The translations under genes and the position numbers were made by a program. Shown piece by piece: positions 38,935 through 48,113 of a stretch of DNA of 64,000 nucleotides. Position 1 is the stretch's first letter; each line of letters opens with the position of its first letter. The notes beneath the pieces were generated by a model. That model did no database searches, was not told where the DNA came from, and saw only the letters and a program-made list of their open reading frames with translations. The DNA is from an uncultured Acidobacteriota bacterium (GTDB lineage: Bacteria > Acidobacteriota > Vicinamibacteria > Vicinamibacterales > UBA8438): contig CAJWLU010000003.1 of NCBI GenBank assembly GCA_913043225.1, positions 96,001 through 160,000 on the forward strand. The letters run 5' to 3'.

Positions 38935-39288
38935 TCAGTCCGCGAGCTCGATCGATGACACGCTCAGCAGTTTTTCACCGCCGGCCTCGCTGGTTTCGCC
39001 CGTCACCCTCACCTGCTTAGCCATCATCTTGGCTAGCTTGTCCGGGTTCTCCGACGCCCAGTCTCCCGTGATCTTGTAGAGGCCAGCGGCGGTCTGGATG
39101 CCGATGGGGTCGCCGTTCTTGGCGCAGCGGACCATGCAGGCCACGTGCTCTGCGCTCGGCTCCGTCCCGCCCATTGCGGAGCAGCCAGCCTCCACGAGCC
39201 GGCCGGTGATAATTTCCTCTGCCGCGGCAGATCCTGCCAGAATGAAAGTCGCTGCGGCAACGAGGACGACGAGAGCAAATTTCTTCAT
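38935..39288 (-). CDS. Small secreted protein with C...HxxCxxxC motif (possible OB-fold metal-binding protein)
   Basis: MKKFALVVL signal; GRLVEAGC...HVACMVRCAKNG; KQVRVTG. Confidence 0.75.
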   Translation of the reverse strand: MKKFALVVLVAAATFILAGSAAAEEIITGRLVEAGCSAMGGTEPSAEHVACMVRCAKNGDPIGIQTAAGLYKITGDWASENPDKLAKMMAKQVRVTGETSEAGGEKLLSVSSIELAD

Positions 39289-39403
39289 CCGCCAAGTCTG
39301 CCGGCCCGGGTGGCCGGGTGTCAAGACGTCGGCTTTCCCGCGTCTGGCAACCACTCGGGGTAGAATGCTGCCAAATCAACGTTCTCAGACCCCAGGAGTC
39401 ATC

Positions 39404-40372
39404 ATGGCCCGTCTAGACCGTCTCGTTCCGTTGCTCGCCATCGGTCTCGTTTTCACGCTTGGTCCTTCGATGCTTGCGGGCGCTCAGATTTTGGACGGGC
39501 CAGACCCGGCGCAGATGGAAGATGCCCCTGATCTCGGTTACAGGGCGGTGCCTCACGGGCTCGAGATTCCCGCCGGAATGGAGATGGGTGCCCCTTCGAG
39601 CGTGGTCTGGACCTCTCGCGACCATTTGATCGTATTCAACCGGGGACCAAATCCGCTCATGGCGTTCGAGGCCGACGGCAAGTTCATCCGTGCGTGGGGA
39701 CAGGGGGAGTATGAGCGGCCGCACGGCATGCGCCTGGATCCTGAAGGAAACATCTGGACGACGGATGTCAACGGTCACACTGTTCGGAAGATGAACCTGG
39801 ACGGTGAGGTGCTGCTCACGATTGGCACCCACGGGCAGCCGGGCGACGCCGAGGACGGACTGCTCAACGAGCCGACGGATCTCACCATCAACGCCGCTGG
39901 TGACATCTTCGTGTTGGTAGGCCACGGTCGAGGCGAGCCGCGTCTCGTCAAGTTCGACAAACACGGCACGCTGGTGACTTCATGGGGCGGTCCTGGCACC
40001 GAGCCAGGAAAGTTTGATACTCCTCATTCGATCGTGGTTGACGCCGCCGGCCTGCTCTACGTGGCCGATCGACAAAACCGCCGTATCCAGATCTTCGACG
40101 AGGACGGCAAGTATCTAAGGGAATGGGCCTACAAAGGTCTACCCTGCGGTATCCACCTGCAGGAGGATGGACAGATGTGGCTAGCCAGTGGATTCGCCGG
40201 GGAGATTCTCACCCTCGACAAGAACGGTAAGGCCACCGCGGCTACCGGGGAGCCCGGCAAGGGCCTCGGTGAATTTGGGGAGGCGCACTACATGACCGTG
40301 GCGCCCAACGGTGACATCTGGGTGGCCGATACCGTCAAGCCCGACCTCCACAAGTTCGTCAAGCGCCAGTAG
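39404..40372 (+). CDS. Secreted NHL beta-propeller, peptidyl-alpha-hydroxyglycine lyase (PAL)-like family
   Basis: AGGAG RBS; signal peptide; PHGMRLD, FDTPHSI, YVADRQNRRIQIFD, EAHY. Confidence 0.82.
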   Translation: MARLDRLVPLLAIGLVFTLGPSMLAGAQILDGPDPAQMEDAPDLGYRAVPHGLEIPAGMEMGAPSSVVWTSRDHLIVFNRGPNPLMAFEADGKFIRAWGQGEYERPHGMRLDPEGNIWTTDVNGHTVRKMNLDGEVLLTIGTHGQPGDAEDGLLNEPTDLTINAAGDIFVLVGHGRGEPRLVKFDKHGTLVTSWGGPGTEPGKFDTPHSIVVDAAGLLYVADRQNRRIQIFDEDGKYLREWAYKGLPCGIHLQEDGQMWLASGFAGEILTLDKNGKATAATGEPGKGLGEFGEAHYMTVAPNGDIWVADTVKPDLHKFVKRQ

Positions 40373-40402
40373 CTCCGCCCGTTCTTCGGTTCGCCAGCGA
40401 AC

Positions 40403-41380
40403 CTAGACGTGGTTGCGGAGCATCAGTTCCTTCGGCCTCGGGTTGAGGTAGACCTGCTGTAGTAGGTAGCTGATGTCGAGGCGCCTCGCGTGGTGGCGGA
40501 TCAGTGTGATCGGCACGATCCGAGGGACGTGACCCAGGCGGTAGTCCTCGGTTACCTCCAGTAGATCTTTACGAGTCTCGCCATCGAGGTACTTTTTGAG
40601 GTGCCCCATGGCGTGCATTAGCACGTTCGTGTGCCGGCGTCGCGTGGCCCGGGTGCGCATCGCTTCCATCAGTTCGTCTTCGTAGCGACGCGCGAGCTCG
40701 GCCCGTGGGATCGTCTTGGCGTCCGCCACCAGCCGGCCCAGCTCTCGGTAGCGAGGTAGCGAATGTGCCATCAAGACGAACTTGTGCTCGGCATGGAAGG
40801 TGACGAGCGTTCCGATCGTCCAGCGACGCGACAGCAGACGCCGGAGCCGTCCATACATGAAGATGCGGTCGAAAAAGTTCTCGCGCAGGCCGGGGTCGTG
40901 GAGACGGCCCTCCTCTTCAACAGGTAGGTTGGGGTACTGACGCATCAGTTCGGCGGCGAACAGACCTCGTCCGTTACGGGCCGCCGGACCGGGTCCCGAC
41001 CAAACCTTCACCCGCTCCATCCCGCAACTCGGCGACCCGCGCTTCAGCACGAAGCCACTCAGTCTCTCCAGGGCCAGCGCCCGGACGCGCTGTCTGGAGA
41101 AACGACGCATCTTCGACGAGAGGTCGATGTCCGTCTTGACCGAGGTCAGGCGCACACCATCTGGCGCTGAGGTATCCCTCACCAGGTGAATCGGTTCCCG
41201 GGGCGTGCCCAGGCCCAGTTCGACCTCCGGGCATATTGGTACCCATTCCACCAAGTCACTCAGGGTCTCCATCAAGAAGGGATCCCGCTTATGTCCTCCG
41301 TCGTGCCGCACTTCTTCGCCGAGCAAGCAGGTCGAGATGCCGAGACGGATGGCTTTGGTCTCTGTGATTCGGTTGGTCAT
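40403..41380 (-). CDS. DUF523 (TudS-like [4Fe-4S] desulfidase) + DUF1722 fusion, YbgA/RudS-type
   Basis: GISTCLLGEEVRHDGGH, CPEVELGLGTPRE, KRGSPSCG, EEEGRLHDP, FHAEHK, YLNPRPKELMLRNHV. Start set at ATG 41380. Confidence 0.9.
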   Translation of the reverse strand: MTNRITETKAIRLGISTCLLGEEVRHDGGHKRDPFLMETLSDLVEWVPICPEVELGLGTPREPIHLVRDTSAPDGVRLTSVKTDIDLSSKMRRFSRQRVRALALERLSGFVLKRGSPSCGMERVKVWSGPGPAARNGRGLFAAELMRQYPNLPVEEEGRLHDPGLRENFFDRIFMYGRLRRLLSRRWTIGTLVTFHAEHKFVLMAHSLPRYRELGRLVADAKTIPRAELARRYEDELMEAMRTRATRRRHTNVLMHAMGHLKKYLDGETRKDLLEVTEDYRLGHVPRIVPITLIRHHARRLDISYLLQQVYLNPRPKELMLRNHV

Positions 41381-41386
41381 CTCGTT

Positions 41387-41824
41387 ATGATCACTCGAAA
41401 CCGCTTTGGGATCAGAGGCCTGACTGACGCCGGCCGCCCAGGCCAGCCCGAACCGACCCCGACCAGCGTGTCGGATGGTGGCGGCCCGGCAGGCGACAGC
41501 TTCGAGGGGTATCAATTGCTTCAATCGTTCGGCAAGGGCGGGATGGGAGAAGTCTGAAAGGCTAAGCGTCATGCGCTCGCGCGGATGAACCACCAAAGTA
41601 TCGCTCAGGTATTCTGGGGCATGATGACGGCCGCCGGGTTGCCCAACTTCGCGATGGAACTCGTGGCTATAACGGACTGCTGCGAACGGAACCTGGTCTG
41701 TTCGAGGCCTGGGGGAGCTGAGGCCGGACCGCTCCTCGAACAGGCGACCGCCATTCGCATCGCCAGCGTGTACCCTGACCCGGCCGAGTTGAGAATAGCG
41801 CTCGCGGCGCTGGGAGGGCGGTGA
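41387..41824 (+). pseudogene. Collapsed Ser/Thr kinase-TPR pseudogene
   Basis: One frame reads YQLLQSFGKGGMGEV* (P-loop; stop at 41555-41557), ALARMNHQSIAQVF, PNFAMELV, ITDCC, then the TPR-like AEAGPLLEQATAIR. The VAxK, HRD and DFG motifs are missing. Confidence 0.8.
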
Positions 41825-41825
41825 G

Positions 41826-42362
41826 GTGCCTTCACAGGTTGGCCTTCCCGCAACGTCTTTTGCGCTCAAAGACACCCAGGGGCGCGAGCATCGGCTTTCG
41901 GACTATCGAGGCCGGTGGGTGCTCCTGGTCCTGCACCGGCACTTGTTCTGACTTCCGTGTCGACGACACCTGTCGCAGTTGCGGCAGGCGAACCCGGAGC
42001 TCGAGCGGCTCGGGATCGACCCGTTGGTCGTGACGTTCGAGAGGGCGAGCGAGGCAGTCGAGTATCGGGTCGAGACGGCCATCCCCTGGCCGGTGTTGTC
42101 CGACCCCGAGCGACGGTTGTACGTCGCCTACGGCATGGAGCGCGCCCTTTGGCGTGACCTGTGGGGCGTGGCGACGATGCGTGCCTATGCGCGAGAAGCT
42201 TGGCAGGGACATTTTCCCCGCATTCCCCGTACCGACACGGGGCAGCAGGGAGGCAACGTCCTGATCGACCCTGGAGGGATCGTCCGGTTTCACCATGTTG
42301 GTCGTGGACCGGCAGATCGACCATCGGTTGATGCGCTCCTTGAGGTGCCACGCCGGGCGTAA
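41826..42362 (+). CDS. AhpC/TSA-like (peroxiredoxin-like) redoxin, probable selenoprotein with UxxC motif
   Basis: GTG at 41826 after a GGAGG-like RBS reads MPSQVGLPATSFALKDTQGREHRLSDYRGRWVLLVLHRHLF-TGA(41949-41951)-LPCRRHLSQLRQ, in frame with track ORF 41979-42362 (VLSDPERRLYVAYG, QQGGNVLIDPGG, DRPSV). Confidence 0.85.
41969..41988 (+). promoter_or_regulatory. Candidate bacterial SECIS hairpin
   Basis: CCTGTCGC-AGTT-GCGGCAGG: 8-bp stem (one G-U) with a G-containing tetraloop starting 25 nt after the UGA. Confidence 0.6.
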
Positions 42363-42406
42363 CCGCTTTGTCGTATGCTGCCGCCTGAGTGGGGCAGGAG
42401 CTCTCC

Positions 42407-42499
42407 GTGGCGCTCCGCTGTCTTCCTGGATGCGCCGTCACGTTAGGAGTAACTTGGACGGGTGACGGGGTGAACTTCGCCCTGTTCTCGAGCGCGACG
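42407..42499 (+). pseudogene. glgX: 5' relic of glycogen debranching enzyme
   Basis: AGGAG RBS + GTG; PGCAVTLGVTWTGDGVNFALFS resembles the GlgX N-terminus PGxPYPLGATWDGxGVNFALFS. The rest of the gene is absent. Confidence 0.75.
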
Positions 42500-42538
42500 C
42501 GCAGCGGTTCACCGTCTCGGATGGCGTCGTGGCGGCCC

Positions 42539-44764
42539 TCACGGTCGGCCGAAGACGCCGTACCAGACCCGGGCCTCTTTCTTCCGCGTGAACCGCTCGA
42601 CCAGTGCCAGTCCCGCCGCCTCGAGCGCGGTCAGCACGCCGGCCTCACATTCCGGATCCACTTCGATCAGCACGCTTCGCAGTCCCGGGTCTCGGAGGAC
42701 CTCGGCGGCACCGGTGAGCAAACGGTCCTCAACACCGTCGACGTCGATCTTCATCAGCGTGGGTCGGGGCAGACCAAAGGTTGACACCACTTGGTCGAGT
42801 GGGGCCGCTAGCATCGGTTGCCAGCGTCCTCGGGTCAGCGCCGTTGCGCTTCCCGGCGTCCAGTTCTCGGTGTCGAACCGGTGCCGGCTTTGCCCGGGTT
42901 CCACGGATTTGTAACCGAAGAGCTGCAGGCCAGCCTTGTCCGACAGCGGCAGCGGGACCGGCACGATCCGCCCGGCGAACCGGTTGAGCTGGATGTTCTC
43001 GCAGAGGCGGGCGAACGTGTTGTAGCCAGGTTCGAAAGCGACGACCGTGCCGGCGTCACCGAGATTCGCGGCTCCGATCAACGAGAACACCCCGACGTTG
43101 GCCCCGATGTCGTAGAGCACGTCCCCCGAACTGACCTCACGGTCGAGCCAGGCGACGGTCCACGGCTCCTTCTTACCCGGGTCTCTTCGCCATTTCTGTT
43201 CCGCGTCGGTGCTGACCAGGATGTGGAGTTTCGCACCCTCGTAGACCACCCGCTCCCGGCGCGGCCCGGCCACGGTGGCGTCTGGCGAGGCCTCTCTTGG
43301 CGCGTTCTCCGATGGTGCGGCGAGACGACGTCTAACCCGGCCAAGCTTCCGACCGACCTGTTGGGCCGCCCGTTCCATCCAGCCGATTCGCTCCGCGGAG
43401 GCAGCGAACGAGACGAGGGCGTCGGCGAGCTGGGGCGAGACCGGCCGATCGGCCCCACGTGGACGGACGAACCGCTCGACGAATGCCGACGGGTGCGGTG
43501 CCGCCTGGTCTGGGCCGAGGCCTCGGCTGAGCTGGCCGACATGCTCTTCGAGCGTGGCGGCGTGCTCGACGAAGCCCCCCTGGTCCGCCAGCAGGTAGCG
43601 ATAGTGGGTCGAGCCTGCCTGCCCCGGGGCGTCCGCGCCCGCATCGATCGTGTAGACGGGTGTGCCCAGTATGCCCGCTTCGAGCTCCGCGCTGGTGTTC
43701 AGCCCGATGGCCACGTCCGCGTGTTTCAGCACGTCATAGAGTGATTGGTCGGCCTGGACGGATCTCGCGCGGGCCAGGGCTATCCCGGAACCGGGGGGTG
43801 TGTCGAGCTGGCTCCAGACGCCACGTTCGCGTGGATGGGGTCGCACCAGCACCTGGAGTTCACGCACCATCGGATCGCCGGAGTTCCTGACGGCGTCGAG
43901 CCAGCGGGCGGTGAATGTGGGCTCGTTCGGCGCAACGTGCGGTGACGAGGCCAGATAGACGGCCAGTCGACGCGATGGGTCGAGCCCGTGGTTGCGGCAG
44001 AGCGTCTCGCGGTCGATCGACGGAGACATTCGATAGAACGCATCGAAACGTGGCGCGCCGATCGGCACCACTGCGTCCTTGTGCGCGCCGTGCAGTTCCA
44101 CGGCCTCCCGCCGCTGTAGCTCGTTCCAGACAAAGACCCGGTCTGGGATCGCGTGGATCAGCCCCTTGTTGCTGAGGTTGTCCCAGCTGAACACCAGGAC
44201 CGCCGACGGGATTTTGAGCGCCCGCGCCGCCTTCACGTATTCGGCCTGGCGCCCCCCGAAGTTCACCAGCGGGGTGACCAGCAGGAGGTCCGGTCGCTGG
44301 TCCCTAAGGAACCGCATGTAGTGTTCGTCGGCCGGGACGAGCGACTCGAGCTGACTGAAAGTGTGTCGGAGTCGGGTGACCGCCGGGTCGGTCAATCGGA
44401 GGAGCAGATCTGGCGTATCGGCCGGGAGGGTCAGGGTGTCGTCAGAGATCGACCCGAGGAGCCGTGTCAGGGCACGATGACGGTTCGCCGTTGCGTCCCA
44501 CAGTGGAGGCTCGTGATAACGCAGGTAGTCCCGGATCAGGCGAAGGACACCTAGGGTGGCCTTGAGCCCGTCGTCGCGCCCGGCCGCCGCGCGGATTACT
44601 TGGCAGCGGTCGAGGCGCGCCAGCCGTTCGGGCAGGCCCTCCACCTTGTTCGTTGGCTTGGCTTGCGCTAGAACCACCTCATGGCCGGCACTGACCAGAT
44701 GTTCCACAACCTCGTCGAAATGCCGGACGAGACCGAGCCCTTTGAGGATGAACAGGATGCGCAT
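42539..44764 (-). CDS. GT-B-like domain fused to an FkbM-family methyltransferase
   Basis: N-terminal SWDNLSNKG, VWNE, GAPRFD, VRPHP, NTSA; C-terminal KEPWT..W, YDIGANVG, AFEP, MKIDVDG.E. Confidence 0.82.
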   Translation of the reverse strand: MRILFILKGLGLVRHFDEVVEHLVSAGHEVVLAQAKPTNKVEGLPERLARLDRCQVIRAAAGRDDGLKATLGVLRLIRDYLRYHEPPLWDATANRHRALTRLLGSISDDTLTLPADTPDLLLRLTDPAVTRLRHTFSQLESLVPADEHYMRFLRDQRPDLLLVTPLVNFGGRQAEYVKAARALKIPSAVLVFSWDNLSNKGLIHAIPDRVFVWNELQRREAVELHGAHKDAVVPIGAPRFDAFYRMSPSIDRETLCRNHGLDPSRRLAVYLASSPHVAPNEPTFTARWLDAVRNSGDPMVRELQVLVRPHPRERGVWSQLDTPPGSGIALARARSVQADQSLYDVLKHADVAIGLNTSAELEAGILGTPVYTIDAGADAPGQAGSTHYRYLLADQGGFVEHAATLEEHVGQLSRGLGPDQAAPHPSAFVERFVRPRGADRPVSPQLADALVSFAASAERIGWMERAAQQVGRKLGRVRRRLAAPSENAPREASPDATVAGPRRERVVYEGAKLHILVSTDAEQKWRRDPGKKEPWTVAWLDREVSSGDVLYDIGANVGVFSLIGAANLGDAGTVVAFEPGYNTFARLCENIQLNRFAGRIVPVPLPLSDKAGLQLFGYKSVEPGQSRHRFDTENWTPGSATALTRGRWQPMLAAPLDQVVSTFGLPRPTLMKIDVDGVEDRLLTGAAEVLRDPGLRSVLIEVDPECEAGVLTALEAAGLALVERFTRKKEARVWYGVFGRP

Positions 44765-44954
44765 GGGCGTGTCGGGAGGGAGAGTATCGCATATTGCCAG
44801 GGCTGCCCCGGGTGGCCCGCGCCGCTGGCGTAGGCCAGTTTAGGGATTAGGATCTGACCTATGTCCTCCTCCGGATCCCCGCCCGATCCCCGTTGCCGGC
44901 GTCAGCTGGAGTTTCTCCTGCTGCGGCCAGGTCAGCGTGGATTGGGGTAAGACC

Positions 44955-46184
44955 ATGCACAGACGTGAGTTCCTCGCGGCGCTTCCGTGGACGAGCGTGT
45001 GGCCCTATGCTTCGAGTCTCACGACCTCGGGGCTTCCGATGGGTACCGGCCGGTTGCTACAACGGGCGGCTGCGGCCAGTCCCCGCCTCCGCATCACCGA
45101 GATGGAGCTGATCCCGGTGCGGGTCACGGGCCGGACCACCTGGCTCAACCTGCGCCTGACGACGAATCAGGGGCTGACCGGGCTGGGTGAGGCGTCGCTG
45201 GGCCGCCGGACGGAGTTGCCGGATCTCGCTGACTGCTTCGCGCTGGTGCGCGGCGAGTCGCCGTTCCGCATCGAGCAGTATCGCCAGCGTGGCTGGGCCC
45301 GAGCCTCGGCCGGTGATCGGGTGCGGGCGACCGCCTTTAGCGCCATCGAGCAGGCGCTCTGGGATCTTGTTGGCAAGGCGCTGGGGGCGTCGGTGAGCGA
45401 CCTGTTCGGTGGCCGGCTCCGCGACCGGCTCGGCGTCTACGCCAACATCAACCGGGCGACAAGTGACCGGACGCCCGAGGGGTTCGCCGCCAATGCGGCC
45501 GCGGCCGCCGAGGAGGGGTTCTCCAGCGTCAAGGCGGCTCCGTTCGACGGTTTCCCCGCGCTCACCCAACCGACCGCCGAGGTCCAGGCGGCCGCCGACC
45601 TTGGGGTGGCCTGTGTGGCGGCGATGCGCGAGGCGGGTGGCGACCAGCTTGCCATCAAGATCGACGCTCACAGCTTCTTCGATGTGCCGCTGTCAATCGA
45701 GATCGCCCGGCGTCTGGAGCCCTACGCGCTGTCCTGGTACGAGGAGCCGATTCCCCCAACCAGGGTGGCTGATACCAGGGCCATCAAGGAGGCGATCTCC
45801 CAGACCATGGCTGGTGGCGAGTTCCTGTTCGGGATGGAGGGATTCGCCCTGCTCTGCCAGCAGCAGGCTGTGGACATCGTGATGCCTGACGTGAAGCACT
45901 GTGGCGGGCTGATCGAGGCCCGGCGGATCGCGGCATTGGCCGACCTGCACGGCGTGCTGGTGTCGCCGCACAATCCGAGCGGTCCTGTGTCGACCGCGGT
46001 GAGTGTCCAGCTGTGCGCGGCGATGGGCAACTTCGACTTGCTCGAGTATCAGTGGGGTGAGGTCGCTTGGCGTGGTGAGCTGGTCGATCCGCCGGAGCGC
46101 TTCGTTGACGGGACCATAGCCGTGGCCGACGGTCCTGGCTTCGGCATCGAGTTAAACGACGCTCTGGCGCGCGAGCATGCCTGA
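44955..46184 (+). CDS. Mandelate racemase/muconate lactonizing enzyme family (galactonate dehydratase-like) with Tat signal
   Basis: HRREFL; GLGE, SAIEQALWDLVGK, YANINR, IDAH, WYEEP, GGE, MPDVKHCGG, SPHN, GPGFG. Confidence 0.88.
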   Translation: MHRREFLAALPWTSVWPYASSLTTSGLPMGTGRLLQRAAAASPRLRITEMELIPVRVTGRTTWLNLRLTTNQGLTGLGEASLGRRTELPDLADCFALVRGESPFRIEQYRQRGWARASAGDRVRATAFSAIEQALWDLVGKALGASVSDLFGGRLRDRLGVYANINRATSDRTPEGFAANAAAAAEEGFSSVKAAPFDGFPALTQPTAEVQAAADLGVACVAAMREAGGDQLAIKIDAHSFFDVPLSIEIARRLEPYALSWYEEPIPPTRVADTRAIKEAISQTMAGGEFLFGMEGFALLCQQQAVDIVMPDVKHCGGLIEARRIAALADLHGVLVSPHNPSGPVSTAVSVQLCAAMGNFDLLEYQWGEVAWRGELVDPPERFVDGTIAVADGPGFGIELNDALAREHA

Positions 46185-46491
46185 GTCGATGGACGCACCA
46201 CGCCAATCCTCCTGGCCTCGTGACCACCCCCTCGTCGTTCAGACGCTCGCGCTGACGCCACTCGTGTTCCGGCTCCTTGGCCCAGCGCTCGGGGTGTACG
46301 TGCTGGTGAGCTTGCTCGTGCCGTTGAGCGGCGGCGAGCTCGAGGGGATCGGCTGCTACACGTTCGTCCTCTTCCCGCTCGTCATGGCGGTGGCGACCAT
46401 CTATTCCCCTCGCTTCCGAGATGTCATCGCCTCTGCGTTATTTCTGGCGCTGTCCTCCGGCCTGTTCGTGACCGCTCACCGGACCTACTGA
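46177..46491 (+). CDS. Small membrane protein
   Basis: Three hydrophobic segments; overlaps the upstream stop. Confidence 0.55.
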   Translation: MPESMDAPRQSSWPRDHPLVVQTLALTPLVFRLLGPALGVYVLVSLLVPLSGGELEGIGCYTFVLFPLVMAVATIYSPRFRDVIASALFLALSSGLFVTAHRTY

Positions 46492-46698
46492 GTCTCGCCT
46501 CCGTCCCGTCGGCCCGGTGCGGCTCCGGTACCCCGAGCGTACCTTAGTCCGGTGGTCAGCTCGAGCCTCGACCTAGTGTCTGCTTTCCTGCCGTTCCGCG
46601 AGAGGCGGTCCCGCGGGTGGGCCCGGGCGAGTGTTCGTTACCGGCGCCTCTTGTTCCACCGAGAGCTCCCGCCATTCGGTCGAGTGGCCTCCCAGAGG

Positions 46699-46766
46699 TT
46701 GACATCGATCCAACCTTAGATTTTGATATACAGAAATATTTATTATATGACCTAAAATTAATAAGT
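46699..46766 (+). promoter_or_regulatory. AT-rich promoter/operator region upstream of the porin operon
   Basis: TTGACA at 46699, followed by a strongly AT-rich tract (TTAGATTTTGATATACAGAAATATTTATTATATGACCTAAAATTAATAAG) in GC-rich DNA. Confidence 0.6.
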
Positions 46767-46767
46767 C

Positions 46768-48105
46768 GTGATCACTAGAAACTGCTGCTGGTTGGGATGC
46801 TGCGTCGTTGCGTGGCTGATCTCTGTATCGCCGGGCTTTGCCGAGGGTGTCCCCGTGGCCTCATCAGCAGCGTTCGGCCGGTTGACCGAATGGGCCGAGG
46901 GCGGGTGGCAGTTAATTCCACGTCTGCCGTGGTACCGGGAGACGCCCCGACTGGTAACACCGCGGCCGGTGAACCGCCCGCTGCGGGCTGGGCGACTGCC
47001 GGCGCTCGGCGAGACCCGTTTCGCCCAGCAGGACCCCCCAGCCGGCACTTCCGGATCGACGACATCGGTCTTCGGCGGTATCTCCGGCTACATGGACTTC
47101 CATTTCAACGACCGACAGTACGAAGATCCGCAGATCGACTTCCACCGATTTGTCCTGTTGTTCACCCACAGCTTCTCGGATCGGGTGCGGTTCGTGTCTG
47201 AGCTGGAGCTGGAACACGCGTTCGTCGAGGGCCTGGAGGAGGCGGGCGAGCTGGAGCTGGAGCAAGCCTTCATCGATTTCCTTGTCTCGCGCGAGCTGAA
47301 CCTTCGCGCTGGCATGCTTCTGGTGCCGGTGGGCATCATTAACGAGCGACACGAGCCGCCGGTGTACCACGGGGTGGAGCGACCGTTCGTCGACACGGTC
47401 ATCGTGCCAAGCACCTGGTTCGAGGCAGGTGCTGGCATCCACGGAGAGCTTTGGCGGGGCTTCCGTTATCGCACCTACGTGATGGCACCGCTCGACGCGT
47501 CTGGATTTGACGCCGAGGAAGGACTCCGCGGCGGTCGGCAAAAGGGCTCACAAGCCAACTTCCGCAACGTGGCGACGACCGGCCGCATCGAGTATGTCGG
47601 GATCCCCGGCCTCTGGGCTGGGGCGAGCTTCTGGCGGGCTAAGACCGGGTTCAACTTCCCTCGCGTCGAGAGTCAGGTCACCCTGGGCGAGGTCGACGCC
47701 CGCTATCGGGTCGGCGAGCTCGAGACCCGGGCTCAGTATGCCCACGTCTGGCTGGACGGCATGGGTGAGCTGAACCGTACGCTGCAGCGTACCATTGGCG
47801 TCGGCCCGAACGTGGCGCGTCAGATTCGTGGGTTCTACCTCGAGGCGTCCTACTTCGTCTCGCCGCGGCCGGCGCCACGTGAGGCGGCGGTGTTTGTGCG
47901 TTACGAGAATTTCGATACGCAGTACAAGATGCCAAGCGGCTTCTCGCCGTTGCCGCAGTTTGACCGAGACGCGTGGGTATTCGGCCTGTCGTACTACCCG
48001 GATCCGGACGTTGTGGTGAAGGTGGACTACTCTGTTGTGAACAGCCAGAGCACCGTGACGGACGAGCCCAACTCGTTCAATGTCGGTCTTGGCTGGTGGT
48101 TTTGA
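46768..48105 (+). CDS. Outer-membrane beta-barrel porin (OprO/P-like family)
   Basis: Signal-like N-terminus; DFHRFVLLF, SELELEH, ELEQAFIDF, NERHEPPVYHGVERP; ends GLGWWF (C-terminal Phe). Confidence 0.82.
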   Translation: MITRNCCWLGCCVVAWLISVSPGFAEGVPVASSAAFGRLTEWAEGGWQLIPRLPWYRETPRLVTPRPVNRPLRAGRLPALGETRFAQQDPPAGTSGSTTSVFGGISGYMDFHFNDRQYEDPQIDFHRFVLLFTHSFSDRVRFVSELELEHAFVEGLEEAGELELEQAFIDFLVSRELNLRAGMLLVPVGIINERHEPPVYHGVERPFVDTVIVPSTWFEAGAGIHGELWRGFRYRTYVMAPLDASGFDAEEGLRGGRQKGSQANFRNVATTGRIEYVGIPGLWAGASFWRAKTGFNFPRVESQVTLGEVDARYRVGELETRAQYAHVWLDGMGELNRTLQRTIGVGPNVARQIRGFYLEASYFVSPRPAPREAAVFVRYENFDTQYKMPSGFSPLPQFDRDAWVFGLSYYPDPDVVVKVDYSVVNSQSTVTDEPNSFNVGLGWWF

Positions 48106-48113
48106 GAGAGCAG

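Noticed and set aside
7607..40372. PHM-like + PAL-like genes as one peptide-amidation cluster
   Set aside because: More than 20 kb apart with unrelated genes between, and no precursor peptide seen; kept only as a hypothesis.
41555..41557. TGA in the kinase relic as a second Sec codon
   Set aside because: The position corresponds to Trp/Tyr after GMGEV (TGG>TGA), and the gene is otherwise destroyed.
41381..41875. N-terminal extension of the DUF523 ORF to 41875
   Set aside because: Antisense to the kinase relic and the redoxin start; the family signature begins just after ATG 41380.
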